Assembly (NCBI RefSeq): GCF_963921235.1
Contig: NC_086097.1
Coordinates: forward strand, 178,748,001 to 178,812,000
DNA from: Mobula hypostoma
Taxonomy: Eukaryota
Length of the DNA: 64,000 nt
Reading direction: 5' to 3'
Each line of letters opens with the position of its first letter. Positions within the stretch are counted from its first letter, which is position 1. This document shows, in pieces, positions 13,030-26,410 of the stretch. Below the pieces are notes generated by a model, which saw nothing but the letters and a program-made list of their open reading frames with translations, was not told the origin of the DNA and searched no databases. The position numbers were made by a program, and so were the translations under genes.

Positions 13030-13930
13030 CCGCCACCCCACCCACCTCCATCTTCAGAACATCATTCTCTAATTTATACCATCTTCAACATGATCCTACC
13101 ACTGAACACATCTTTCCTTCTCCTCTCCCCACCCTTTCCATTGGGATTGCTCTCTTGTTCACTTGTCCCTCTCCACTGACCTCCCTCTTGGCATTTAACA
13201 CTGCAATCGTGACAAGTGCTACACCTGTCCAGATACAGTACCCCCTGCTTCCTTTGGGGCCTTCTCTACAGTGGTGAGTCTCAACATAGATTTGGGGCTA
13301 CTTCACCGAGCACCTTTGCTCCATTCACCGTAAAAGGTGGGATTTCCTGGTGGCCATCTGCTTCAATTCGACTTCCCATTTCGTCATTTCAGTCTATTGC
13401 CACCTGTACTGTCACTTTCAGGTTGGAGAAGCAATACCATATTCTGTCTGGATAGCCTCCAACCTGTTGGCATAAATATCAATGTCTCTGCCTCCTAATA
13501 AACTCTCCTCCTTCTCCCTTCTCTATTCATCCATTCCCATTCTGGCTCCCTCTTGCCCCATTGCTGCCCATCACCTCCCTCCGGTATTCCTTCTCCTTCC
13601 CTTTCTTCCATGTCCATTCTCCTCTGCTGTCAGATCCCTTCTTCTTCAGCCCTTTACCTCTTCCACCTATCACTTCCAAGCTTCTTACCTCTTCCACCTA
13701 TCACTTCCAAGCTTCTTACCTCTTCCACATCTGCCCTCCTTCCCCACATTTGGGTTTTCTTATCACCTGCCAGCCAGTACTCCTGGCCCTCTTCCACCCT
13801 CTTATTCTAGCTTCTTCCTTTTCCTTTCCAGTCCTGATTAAGAGTCTCGGCTCAAACTGTCGACTGGTTATTCCTCTCCATAGATGCTGCCTGACTTGCT
13901 GTGTTCCTCCAACATTCTGTTTGTTTTGCT
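13030..13930 (+). mobile_element. Penelope-like retroelement 3' fragment (GIY-YIG remnant, pyrimidine-rich tract, degenerate hammerhead-like motif)
   Basis: LQHDPTT.HIFPS and GLLYSGE...RFG remnants. CTGATTAAGAGTCTCGGCTCAAAC near 13834, followed by GATGCTGCCTGACTTGCTG. Confidence 0.6.
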
Positions 13931-14119
13931 CTGCCCTTTCAGCACCTGTAGGATCTTGTGTTAGGGATAGAAACTGTTCTTGAGCTTGATGGTACAAGCA
14001 TCGCAGCTTTTGTATCTTCTGCCCAATGAGAGTCGCAGAAGAGAAAATGTCCAGAGTGCTGGATTCGGGGGTTTTGATTACGCTGGCTCTTTTACTGAAG
14101 CAGTGAGAAGTGTAGACTG

Positions 14120-14242
14120 GATGGATTAGTGTCTGTGCCAATGTAAGTGTGAGTGAATGAGGATGAGTGTGAGTGTGAGAGAAAGATTGTGTGTGTGTGA
14201 AAGGGAGAAAGTGTGTGTGTGTGTAAGAGAGTGTGTATGAGA

Positions 14243-14273
<31 letters not shown>

Positions 14274-14320
14274 TGTGTGTGAGAGAGAGTGTGAGTGTGA
14301 GAGAGATTGTGTGTATGAGA

Positions 14321-14351
<31 letters not shown>

Positions 14352-14490
14352 TGTGTGTGAGAGAGAGAGAGTATGAGTGAATGAGGATGAGTGTGAGTGT
14401 GAGAGAGATTGAGTGTATGAGAGTGTGTGTGTGTGAGTGTGTGTATGTATTTGTGTGTGTGAGAATGTGTGTGTGTGTTTGTGTGAACAT
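14120..14490. repeat. (TG)n/(AG)n compound microsatellite
   Basis: Direct inspection. Confidence 0.95.
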
Positions 14491-14858
14491 GCGAATGTTC
14501 TCGTGCTGTGGCAGCAGCGAGAAGTGCAGTCAAACTTTGAAAGCAAATTTCCTGCAGTTAAGGATGTCAACCTGAAATATCAACTGCCTACATCCCGTCA
14601 CAAATGCTGCCTTACCTACAAGCATTGTAATACCTTTTAATTAACTACGCTCATTAATTCAAACGTAGAACAGTACACCACAACGTCTGTGCATACCATG
14701 ATGCCGATCTAACTAATCCTGTCTGCCTGCATGTGTCCCTATGCACCTTAAATATACACAATGGGCTGAGATGATGGTGGGAGGGGTAGGGGGTCACAAG
14801 TGTAGCGGGGATGAACGGTAACGCGCACTGACCACCCTCTCTTCTCTCTCCCTTGCAG

Positions 14859-17800
14859 ACGGCCCAGATGTGGAGGATGACCCCTCGTGCTCGTGGCCCC
14901 CCTCCTCCCCGTCCAGCAAGGACCAGGGCTCGCCGAACCACGGTGAGGGTCTGGAGGTGGGCGAGGAAGAGGGCGGCGCCGGGCTGCCCTACCCCTGCCA
15001 GTTCTGCGACAAGTCCTTCAGCCGGCTGGGCTTCCTGAAACATCACGAGCAGACGCACGGGGACAAGCTGCCTTTCCGCTGCACCTTCTGCAGCCGCCTC
15101 TTCAAGCACAAGCGCAGCCGCGACCGTCACCTCAAGCTCCACACTGGGGACAAGAAGTACCACTGCAGCGAGTGCGAGGCCGCCTTCTCCCGCAGCGACC
15201 ACCTCAAGATCCACCTCAAGACCCACGCCTCCAGCAAGCCGTACCGCTGCCCCGTCTGCCGTCGCGGCTTCCTCACCCCCAGCTCCCTCAGTGGCCACAT
15301 GCAGGTTCACGAGAAGCCCCGGGGCGGGTCTTCCCCTCCCCCCTCCGCTCCCTCCTCCACCTCCTCTTCCTCCTCCTGCTCCGCCGCCGCCCTCTCCAGG
15401 CTGGACGGCTGCTGGAGGCCGCCGGAGAGCCGGAAGTGCAGCCGGTGCGAGGAGGGCTTCGACCTGCCCGAGGAGCTGCAGCGGCACATCGGGGAATGCC
15501 ACCCTGAGCGCTCGCCCTCCGAGGAGGACGGCGGGGTCGGGAGCGTGGTCCTGGCCCCCGCGCCTGGCTCCGGCCCCGCCCTCCAGTGCGCCTGCTGCTC
15601 CGAGCCCTTCGCCGAGGAGGGGGCGCTGCTGGCCCACGCCGGCCGCGCCCACTGCCGCGACCAGCCGCCGCGCTGCGGCCTCTGTGCCCAGCGCCTCCTC
15701 TCCGCCGAGGAGCTGCGGGCCCACCTGGACGCCCACCGGCGGGCGGAGGCCGCCGGCAGCCGCAGCCCCTCAGTGGTGACCCTGGGCTATGCCTCCGTCT
15801 CCAGCACCACGCCCGACTCCAATCTGTCGGCCGACAGCTGCTCCGCCGTGCCCGACGGGGGCAACCCCGCTCCCCAGCCTCAGCCCCAGCCGCTACTGCT
15901 GCTGCCCAGGCAGCGGAGCAGGAAGAGGGGGTCGCAGTCAGCGCCAGAAGGGGCGGGCCCCCTCCTCAAGCGGCCGCGGGAGAGCTACAGCTGCGCACAC
16001 TGCGCCCAGCGGGCCTTCAGCAGCCTGCCCGTCCTGCAGGCCCACCTGAAGGCTGCACACCTGGACCAGCCTGAGCAGCTGCACCCCTGCCAGCTCTGCC
16101 TGGAGAGCCTGCCCTCCCTCCTCAACCTGCATGAGCACCTGCGACAGGCCCACGGTGGTGAGGCGGAGCAGGCCCTCCCTCCGGCGCCGGCCGCCATCGC
16201 CACTGCCGGTGGGGGTGGCTCCTCCTCACCCTCCCCTTTCCCCTGCAACTTCTGCTCGGAGGCACCGGCCGATCTGAACAGCCTGCAGGAACACATCCGC
16301 CGCTGCCATAGCCTGGCCACCGGACAGCCCCCTTCCAAGGGCAGCAACGCCTTCTTCTGTCCCCACTGCCTGATGGGCTTCCTGACGGAGGCCTCGCTGG
16401 AGGATCACGCCCGGCGTTCCCACTCCCAGACCACGCCGGCCCCCAGCCTCGACTCGCCCTCACTCCTCGCCACCACCGCGCCCCACCAGGAGCCTCTGCT
16501 GGAGGTCTACTCCTGCCCCTACTGCACCAACTCGCCCGTGTTCAGCAGCGTGCCCCGGCTCAACAAGCACGTGAAGGAGAACCACAAGAACGTGCCGTTG
16601 GCCCTGGCCTACGACAACGGTAGCCGCAGATCGAGCCCTGCCTCACCCGAGCAGGGGGGCCCCATCAAGGCAGGCCAGGGGGGGTCCCAGCTCCCGGGTG
16701 AGTACACCTGCAGCCAGTGCGGCGCCAAGTTCGCATCGCCAGATGGCTTCCAGGCGCACCTGAAGACGCACCTGGGCACCGTCCAGAGGAAGCTAGCCTG
16801 CCCGCAGTGCAGCAAGGAGCTGCCGTCCCACGAGGCGCTCCTCAAGCACGTTACCGTCCACTTCACGGTCACCTCCACCTACTACATCTGCGAGAGCTGC
16901 GACAAGCAGTTCACCTCCGTCGACGACCTGCAGAAGCACCTGCTGGACATGCACACCTTCATCTTCTTCCGCTGCACCCTGTGCCAGGAGATCTTCGACT
17001 CCAAGGTCTCGGTCCAGCTGCACCTGGCTGTCAAGCACAGCAACGAGAAGAAGGTGTACCGCTGCACCTCCTGCAACTGGGACTTTGCGGGCGAGGCGGA
17101 ACTGCAGCTGCACGTCAAGCTGAACCACCTGGAGCACCGCGGCAAGGTTCACCGCTGCATCTTCTGTGGCGAGGTCTTCGGCACGGAGGTGGAGCTGCAG
17201 TGCCACGTCACCAGCCACAGCAAGAAGTACAACTGCAAGTTCTGCAGCAAGGCCTTCCACGCCATTATCCTGCTGGAGAAGCACCTGCGCGAGAAGCACT
17301 GCGTCTTCGAGGGCCGGGGGCCGGCCTGCGCCGCCAACGGGGCCTCCGAGCCGCTGCACAAGGAGGACGAGGAGGCAGCGGCGACAGCAGCTGAGCTGCA
17401 GACCATCCTGGCCAACCACCGGGAGGCCCAGAGCAGCCGGGACGGCAGCGAGGAGGACCTGGACGGGGCGGAGACCATGTACGCCTGCGACATCTGCGGG
17501 GCGGCCTACACCATGGAGTCGCTCCTGCAGAACCACCAGCTCCGGGACCACAACATCCGGCCCGGAGAGAGCGCCATGGTCCGGCAGAAGGCCGAGCTGA
17601 TCAAGGGCAGCCACAAGTGCGACGTCTGCTCCCGGACCTTCTTCTCAGAGGGTGGGCTGAGGGAGCACGCCCAGACCCACCTGGGCCCGGTCAAGCACTA
17701 CATGTGCCCCATCTGCGGCGAGCGATTCCCCTCCCTCCTCACCCTCACCGAGCACAAGGTGACGCACAGCAAGAGCCTGGACACCGGCACCTGCCGCATC

Positions 17801-18349
17801 TGCAAGATGCCACTGCAGTCGGAGGAGCAGTTCCTGGAGCACTGCCAGATGCACCCTGACCTCAGGAACTCCCTGACCGGTTTCCGGTGCGTGGTCTGCA
17901 TGCAGACCGTCACCTCCACACTGGAGCTGAAGATCCACGGGACCTTCCACATGCAGAAGACGGGCGGCGCCCCGGGGGGGCAGCAGGCCCAGCGGGGGCA
18001 GCCCCTGCCCAAGCTTTACAAGTGTGCCTCTTGCCTACAGGAGTTCCGCTGCAAGCAGGACCTGGTGAAGCTGGATATCAATGGGCTACCCTACGGACTG
18101 TGCGCCTCCTGTGTGGGTGGCGGCGGCGGCGGGGGAGGCGGGAAGCGGACCAGCACCCCTCCCGCCGGCCCCGAGGGGGGGCTGCCCCAGAGCCGCTGCA
18201 TCAACTGCAACGTGAAGTTCGAGAGCGAGGGCGAGCTGAGGAGCCACACCCTGTCCGCCCACCCTGAGCCGGCACCCGACGGCCCCAGGCGCCCCAAGAC
18301 ACCCCAGGTCTCTCCCCTGTCCAAGGTCAGCCCGCCGCAGCCGGAAGAG
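14859..18349 (+). CDS. ZNF521: Large internal coding exon of a ZNF521 (EHZF/Evi3)-type multi-C2H2 zinc finger transcription factor
   Basis: Polypyrimidine tract plus TTGCAG acceptor ending at 14858 (phase 1, (G)AC-GGC-CCA-GAT-GTG = DGPDV). Donor GAG|GTAATG at 18349/18350 (phase 0). Translation has >20 C2H2 fingers and motifs I recall from ZNF521 ([56 protein letters not shown]). The paralog ZNF423 is less likely but not formally excluded. Confidence 0.9.
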
Positions 18350-18899
18350 GTAATGGCGAGGGGGAAACACGGGGCGGGTTACAGGGCTGCAGGGTGCAGG
18401 AAGGGCATGGGGACTTTGGTTGTGGTGCAGGAGAAGTTCACTGGAATGCTGCCGGGCTTGGAGGGTGTGAGCTGTAAGGAGAGGCATGGAGTCAGGTCCT
18501 TTGGCCAAACGGTTCTAAGCTGACCAGTCTCCATCTACTGCCCTTCCATAGGGTCACAGAGTCAAATGGCATGGGAACCGCCCCTTCAGACCGACTCATC
18601 CACACTAACGAAGATTCCCTGTTGAATCTGCTTCACTCTCCTGTCATAGGATCGTAGCATGGAAAATGGCCTTTTGCTCAACTGCTCCATGCTGGCCAAG
18701 ATTGAGATTGGTTTGCCATTGTCACATGTACCAAGCTACAGTTAAAAGCTGGTCTTGCATACTATTCAGACAGAGCAAATCATTACACAGAGCATCGAGG
18801 GTAGAACAAGGTAAAACAATAACAGAATGCAGAGTAAAATGTTACAGTTACAGAGAAAGTGAATTGAGGGTAGGCAATACAATACATTACAATACGAGA

Positions 18900-19810
18900 T
18901 TAGACAATGAGAATAGAATCAGGTTTATCACCAGCATGTGTCGTGAAATTTATTAACTTAGCAGCAGCAGTTCAATGCAATACATAATATAGAAAAAAAT
19001 AAATGAAATTTTAAAAAGTAATCATAAATAAACAAGTAAATCAATTACAGTATACGTATATTGAATAGATTTTAAAAAGTGCAAAAAAAAGACATACTGT
19101 GTATTAAAAAAAGTGAGGTAGTGTCCAAGGGTTCAATGTCCATTTAGGAATTTAATGTCCTGGGGCAGCAGGCTGAGGGTAGCAGACACCAACAGAATCA
19201 ACAAACCCATTCGTAAGGCCAGTGATGTTGTGGGGATGGAACTGGACTCTCTCACGGTGGTGTCTGAAAAGAGGATGCTGTCCAAGTTGCATGCCATCCT
19301 GGACAATGTCCCCCATCCACTACATAATGTACTGGCTGGGCACAGGAGTACATTCAGCCAGAGACTCATTCCACCGAGATGCAACACAGAGCGTCATAGG
19401 AAGTCATTCCTGCCTGTGGCCATCAAACTTTACAACTCCTCCCTTGGAGGGTCAGACATCCTGAGCCAACAGGCTGGTCCTGGACCTATTTCCTGGCATA
19501 ATTTACATATTACTATTTAATTATTCATAGTTTTATTACTATTTAATTATTTATGGTGCAACTGTAACGAAAACCAATTTCCTTCGGGATCAATAAAGTA
19601 TGACTATGATTATGAATCCAATGGCAGAACGGAAGAATCTGTTCCTGAATCGCTGAGTGTGTGCCTTCAGGTTTCTGTACCTCCTACCTGATGGTAACAG
19701 TGAGAAAAGGGCATGCCCTGGGTGCTGGAGGTCCTTAATAATGGACACTGCCTTTCTGAGACACCGCTCCTTGAAGATGTCCTGGCTACTTTGTAGGCTG
19801 GTACTCAAGA
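18900..19810. mobile_element. Rex1/Babar-like LINE 3' end (-) with a nested + strand LINE 3' end (~19155-19610)
   Basis: Minus peptide HPGHALFSLLPSGRRYRNL. Plus peptide HPLH...RCNTERHRKSFLPVAIKLYN ending in AATAAAG(TATGAC)-like tail. Confidence 0.75.
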
Positions 19811-20089
19811 TGGAACCCAAGAGTGATTGTGAGGTCAAGAGTCTGTCTTATTGTACTAGAGAGCCATTCAATAGTCTAATAACAGCAAGGGTGCAGCTGT
19901 TTTTGAACATGCTGCCTTGTGATTTTATGCTTTTGCATGGCACTCTGTATAGCTTTTTACTGGTGCTCCGGTTGCCATTGCCTTGCAGACGAGAGATCCA
20001 TGGGGACGGACGGGAACAGAGAGTGGAGTGGCTGTGCAGAAAGATGTTGTTAAGCCTACATACAAGGTCAGGATTCAAAAGGTCAAGCA

Positions 20090-22970
20090 TGTGGGACTAA
20101 TGTCCTGAGATGAGTTTATTTCAATGTGAGGGGTATTGTCGGAAAGGCAGCAGACCTTAGGGCATGGATCAGCAAGTGGAATTATGACATTGAAGCCATT
20201 GGTGAGACTTGGTTGCAGGAGGGGCAGGACTGGCAGATCAGTGTTTTGGAGTTCCATTGTTTTAGATGTGAGAGAGTGGTCCCAATGAGGGAGTGCAATA
20301 CTACATCTCCTATGAGGGAAACGCTGAAGGGGGAAGGGTGGCATTACTAGTCAGGGAAAATGTCACGGCTGTGCTGAAGAGCTCATCTAGTGAGGCTTTA
20401 TGGATAGAACTGAGGATTAAGAAAGGTATGACCACGTTAATGGACTTATATTACAGACCGCAGCATTTAGAGGAGCTAATTTGTAAAAATTGCACGCTGT
20501 TACCAGAAACATGAAGTTGTGATAGTAGATGACTTTAACTTTCCATATATTGACTGGGACTCCCATTCTGTAAAATGACTGGATGGGAACGATTTTGCCA
20601 AATGTGTTCAGGAAAGTTTCATCAACCAGTACATAGAAGTCCCAACTAAAGAGTGAGATACTAGATCTCCTGTTAGGGGATGAGACAGGGCAGTTGACAG
20701 AAGTTTGTGTAGGGGAACACTTTGCATCTACTAACCATAATCCTATTAGTTTCAAGGTAATTATGGAAAAAGACAGGTCTGGTCCTTGGTTTGAGATTCT
20801 AAATTGGAGAAGGGCCAATTGTGATGGTATCAGAAAGGATCTAGCAAGTGTGGATTGGAACATGTTGTTTTCTGGCAAAGGTGTACTTGGTAAGTGGGAG
20901 GCCTTCAAAAGTGAAATTTTGAGAGTAGAGATTATATGTTCCTGTCAGAATAAAAGATCTGATAGATTCCCTGTCAGATTTAGGGAAACTTGGTTTTTGA
21001 GAGATATTGAGGCCCTGGTTAAGAAAAAGAAGAAGGTGCAGAGCAAGTATCGGCAAACAGAAATAAATGAGGTGCTTGAGGAGTATAAAAAATACAAGAG
21101 AACACTTAAGAATGAAATCAGGAGGGCTAAAAGAAGACATGAGGTTCATGTAGCAGACAAGCTGAAGGAGAATCCTGGTGGCTTCCATAGATATATTGTA
21201 TTAAGAGCAAAAGAATAGCAAGGAATAAATTGGTTCTCTGAAAGATCAGAGTGGTAGTCTATACACGGAGCTGAAAGAGATGTGGGAGATCTTAAATTAA
21301 TTTCTTTGCATCTGTATTTACTTGGGAGATGGACACAAAGTCTATAGATGTGAGGCAATTCAACAGCGAGGTTATGGAAACTATACAGATTACAGAGGAG
21401 GAGGCAAATTAAATCCCCAGATTCTGACAATGTGTTCCCTTCTACCCTGTGGGAGGCTAGTGCAAAAATTGCAAGGGCCGTAGCAGAGGTATTTAGAACA
21501 TCCATAGACACAGATGAGGTGCTGGGTTTTTTGTTTAAGAAAGGCTCTAAGAATAAACCAAGAAATTATAGGCTGGCGAGCCTGACATCAGTAGTGGGAA
21601 AGCTACAGAGAGGTATTCTAAGGGTCTGGATATACAAGTATTTGGATAGACACAGACTGATTAGGGATAATCAGCATGACTTTGTTCATGGTAAGTCGTG
21701 TCTAACCAATCGTACAGAGTTTTTCTGAGGAAGTTACCAAGAAAGCTAATAAAGGTGAGGCAGTGGATGTTGTCTACATGAACTTTAGCAAGGTCTTTCA
21801 CAAGGTCCCACGTGGGAGGTTGATCAAGATGGTTCAGTCGCTTAGCATTCAAGATGAGGTAATAGGTTGGATTAAACATTGGTTTTGTGGAGTGGTTGTA
21901 GATGATTGCCTCTTTGATTGGAGGTCTATGTTGCAGGAATCGGTGCTGAGTCTAATGTCATCTATATCAATGATCTGGATGAAACGTTGTACACTGGATC
22001 AGCAAATTTGCAGTTGACACCAAGATTAGGGGTGCAGTCAATAGCAAGGAAGATTATCAAATCCGCAACAGGATTTAGACCAGCTGGTGAAATGGGCTGA
22101 AAAATAGCAGATGGAATTTAATGCAAATGAGTGGGAGGATTTACACTTTGGGAGGACCAACCAGGGTACTGTAGGTCTTACGTTGTAGGACACTGAGGAG
22201 TGTGGTAGCTCAGAGATATCTGGGAATACAGATACCTAATTCCTTGAAACAGGGCGATAGGGTTGTAAAGAAAAGAAAGCTTTTGGCACATTGGCCTTCA
22301 TAGGTCAACGTACTGAGTACAGGAGTTGGGATGTAATGTTGAAATTGTATAAGCGAAGACTCATTTGGAGTATTACGTGCAGTTTTGGTTACCTACCTAC
22401 AGGAAAGATGTAAATAAAATTGAAAGAATGGAGAGAAAATTTACAAGCATGTTTCTGGAACTGGAGGGCCTGAGTTATACAGAAAGATTGGGTGAGTACT
22501 TTATTCCCTAGTACATAGAAGATTGCGGGGAGATTTGACAGAGATATACGAAGTTAGGAGAGGTATGGATAGGGTAAATGCAAGCAGACTTTTTCCACTA
22601 CAATGATGCCACTTTCAAGGAATTATGTAGCTGTGTTCCCAGATCCGTCTATTCTACTGCATTCCTCAGTATCCTACAGGGTGAGGCTACAATTATAGGT
22701 CATGGGTTAAGGGTGAAAGGTGACATCTTAAGGGGAACATGAGGGGAACTTTCTTCGTTCAGAAGATGGTGAGAGTATGGAACGAGCTGCCAATGCAAGT
22801 AGTGGATGTGAGATTGACCTCAACATTTATGGAAATTTGGATAGGTACATGGATGGGATGGCTATGGTCCAGGTGCAGGTCGACGGGAGCAAGCATATTA
22901 ATGGTTCAGCACAGATTAGATGGAATGAAGGGCCTGTTTCTGTGCTGTAGTGTTCTATGATTCTATGACT
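20090..22970 (+). mobile_element. Degenerate 5'-truncated CR1 (APE plus RT remnants)
   Basis: AIGETWL, NYRLASLTSVVGK, MDVVYMNFSKVFHKVP and WNELP fragments, with many stops and frameshifts, and a TTCTATGA tail. Confidence 0.88.
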
Positions 22971-23569
22971 CTAAGTGTCTTCTTCCAGATGAGAGGGGAG
23001 AGAAGACAGAATATCTGGGGTGGGTAGGAGCTTTGATTATGCTGGCTGTTTTCTAAATGTAGAGATGTGGACATTATGTAATCAGAAGGGATTATTTTTG
23101 TCAAGCATTTAATTGCTAGATTAATTAGCTTAGCACCAAATTATAGGCTGAAGGGGCTTTTCTCATGCAGTATTGTTCTATGCTCTAGAATTAGGCCATT
23201 CAGGCTCATCAATTCTGCTCCACCTTCAGTCATGGCTAATTTCTCAACCCTTACCAATCAAGAATCAATCAATTTGTGCCTTAAAATACACAATTCACTG
23301 TGGCAACAAATTCCACAGATTCACTATCCTCTATCTGAAAGAATTCCTCCTCATCTCAGTTCTAAAGGGACATCCTTTATTCTGTGTGCCCTAGCCTCCT
23401 AGATCCTAGACCCTCCTACTGATGGAAATATCCTCTCCATGTCCATTCTATCTTGGCCTTTCAGTGTAAGGGAGGTTTCAAAGAGATTCCACCTCCCGCC
23501 CATCCTTCTGAATTCCATGGGGTTGAAGCCCGGAAGCATCAAACACTTCTCATTTTTTTTTTAGCATTT

Positions 23570-25880
23570 CATTCAGTGTGATAGAGCACTACAGCACAGA
23601 AAAAAAGCCCCTTCGGGCCATCTACTCTATGCCAAAATATTATTCCACCTCGAACCATCGACCCACACGCACCTGGACCATAGGGCTCTATACCTCTCCT
23701 CTCCATGTACTTATCCAAACTTCTCTTTAATGCTGTAATCAAGCCCACATCAAGTAATTCCTCTGGCACCTCATTTCACACTGTCACCACCCTTTGAATG
23801 AAGTTCCCCCTCATATTTTCTTTAAACATTTCACCTTTCACCCTTAACCCTTCTGGTCTCATCCAACCTCAGTGGAAAAAGCCTGCTTGCATTTACCCTA
23901 TGTACTGTATACTCCTCCTAATTTTACATGTCTGTATCAAATCTCCCCTCACCTCCTATGATCTAGGGAATGAAACCCTAACCTATTCAATCTTTTCCTA
24001 TAACTGAGATCCTCAAGTTCTGGCAACATCCTTGTAAATTTTCTCTGTATTCTTTCAATCTTATTGATATCTTTCCTTATATAGTTGACTGGAACTGCAC
24101 ACAATACTCCGAATTAGGCCTCACCAATGTTTTAAACAACTTCAATATAACATCCCAACTGCTATTATCAGTACTTTGATTTATGAAGGCGAATGTGCCA
24201 AAAGCTTTCTTTACAACCCTATCTACCTCTAACACCACTTTCAAGGAATTATAGATCTGTATTCCCAGGTCCCTCTGTTCTACTACACCAATCAGTTCAC
24301 TACGGCTCACTGTGTAAGTCCTACCCTGGTTTATACTCCCAAAGTGCAATACCTCATACTTATCTGCATTAAATTCCACCTGCCATTTTTCAGCCCATTT
24401 TTACAGCTGATCCAGACCTTGTAGCAAGCTTTGACAATCTACACACAAATCTTATTGTCATCCGCAAATTTGCTGATCCAATATACCACATTATCATCCA
24501 GATCTTTGATATAGATGACAAACAGGAACAGAACTAGCACCGATCCCTGTGGCACATCACTAGTCACAGGCCTCCAGTCACAGGGAACCATCTACTACCA
24601 CTCCCTGGCTTCTCCTGTGAAGCCAAATTCTAATCCATTTTACTACCTGATCCTGAATGCCAAGTGACTGAGCCATCCTTCCATGTGGGACCTTGTCAAA
24701 GGCTTTGCTAAAGTCCATGCAGATAGCATGCACTGCCCTGCCTTCTTCTACATTTCTGTTAACTTCCTTGAAAAACTCTGTAAGATTGGTTAGATATGAT
24801 CTACCTCACACAAAGCCATGTTGACTATTCCTAACCAGTCCCTGTCTATCTAAATACGAATATATATCAAGTTCCCTAGAATACCTTCCAAAAACTTATC
24901 CACTATTAATGTCAGGCTCACCAGCCTATAATTTCCCTGCTTATTCTCAGAGTCTTTCTTAAACAGTGGAACAACATTAGCTATCCTGTGCCTCTCCAGC
25001 ACCTCACCTTAGGTCACTTTAAATATCTCTGCTAAGGCCCCTGGAATTTCTGCACTAACCTCCAACAAGGTCTGTGAAAACACCTTGTCAGGCCTTGGGG
25101 ATGTGTCCACCTTAATTTGCTCTGTAATCTGTATAGGGTTCATGACCTCACTGCCGTTTTGCCTCACTTCTGTAGACTCTGTGTCCATCTCCTCAATAAA
25201 TACAGATGCAAAAAAATCCATTAAAGATCTCCCCCATCTCTTTTGGCTCCATGCATAGATGACCACTCTGATCTTCAAGAGGATCAATTTTGTCCCTTGC
25301 TATTCCTTTCCTCTTAATACAATATTTCTGCACAAGATATTGGGATTCTCCTTCAACTTGTCTTCTAGAGCAACCTCATGCCTTCAGGTTTCCTTCTCAA
25401 GCGTTCTGCCAACTGTACTCTTTTCAATAGCTGCTTGGCCTGCTGAGTTCCTCCAGTATTTTGTGTGAGTTTCCTGCATTCCTTATACTCCGTAATTGTC
25501 TGTCTATACCTGCTATGCACATACTTCTTAACCAGGGCCTTAATATCCCTCAAAAACAATGTTTCGCCTTTTATTGTAATAGGAAAATACAAATTCTGTA
25601 CTCTCAAAATTTCACTGTCGAAGGCCTCCCAAGTACCAATTACATCTTTGCCAGAAAACAACATGTTTTCCACACTTGCCAGATCATTTCTGATTTAATC
25701 AAAATCGGTTTTTCTCCAATTAGAATCACAACCCAAGAGCCAGATGTATCCTTTTCCGTAATTACCTAGTAACTAATAGCATTTTGATCACTAGATGCTA
25801 AGTGTTCCCCTACACAAACTTCGTCACCTGCCCTGCCTCATTCCCCAAAGGGAGATCTAGTATTGCATCCTCTCTAGTTG
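23570..25880 (-). mobile_element. Degenerate CR1 ORF2 (antisense); another short CR1 3' end at ~23190-23550
   Basis: MEFNADKYEVLHFG...VRPNSEYCVQF and FFASVF...SPRPD fragments. Closely related to the + copy at 20090-22970. Confidence 0.85.
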
Positions 25881-25899
25881 GGATTAGATTCCTGGGATC

Positions 25900-26410
25900 A
25901 TTATTGTTGAACAGAGAACCCTACAAAAGGTAGTAGATTCAGCTGAGTACATCATGGGTAAAGCCGTCCCAGCCACTAAGCACATCTACATGAAACGCTG
26001 TCGCAGGAAAGCAGCATCCTTCATCAGAGATCCTCACTAGTCAAGCCATACTCTTTTCTAGCTGCTGCCATCTGGTAGAAGGTACAAGAGCTTCAGGACT
26101 CACACTACCAGGTTCCTAGAACAGTTATGACCCCTCAACCATCAGGCTCCTGAACAAAGGGGATAACTACAATCACTTGCCCATCCTTTGAGATGTTTCC
26201 ACAACCAACTTTGAGGACTCTTTATGTTCTTGTTATTTATTGCTATTTATTTATATTTGCATTTTCACAGTTTGTTGTCTTATGCACTCTAGTTAATCTT
26301 TCATTGATCCTGTTATAGTTACTATTCTATAGATTTGCTGAGTATGCCTGCAGGAAAATGAATCCCAGGGTTATATATAGTGACATATATGTGCTTTGAT
26401 AATTTACTTT
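25900..26410 (+). mobile_element. Rex1/Babar-like LINE 3' end
   Basis: CTGCTGCCATCTGGTAGAAGGTACAAGAGC (LLPSGRRYKS) plus the typical 3' UTR. Confidence 0.7.

Noticed and set aside
14654..18508. Long antisense and alternate-frame ORFs overlapping the zinc-finger exon
   Set aside because: Expected from stop-codon scarcity in GC-rich coding DNA; no recognisable domains.
18350..18523. C-terminal tail of the 1217-aa ORF, and its GTG 'start' at 14870
   Set aside because: The tail is read-through past the splice donor into intron and a CR1 scrap ([10 protein letters not shown]). The start is internal to an exon.
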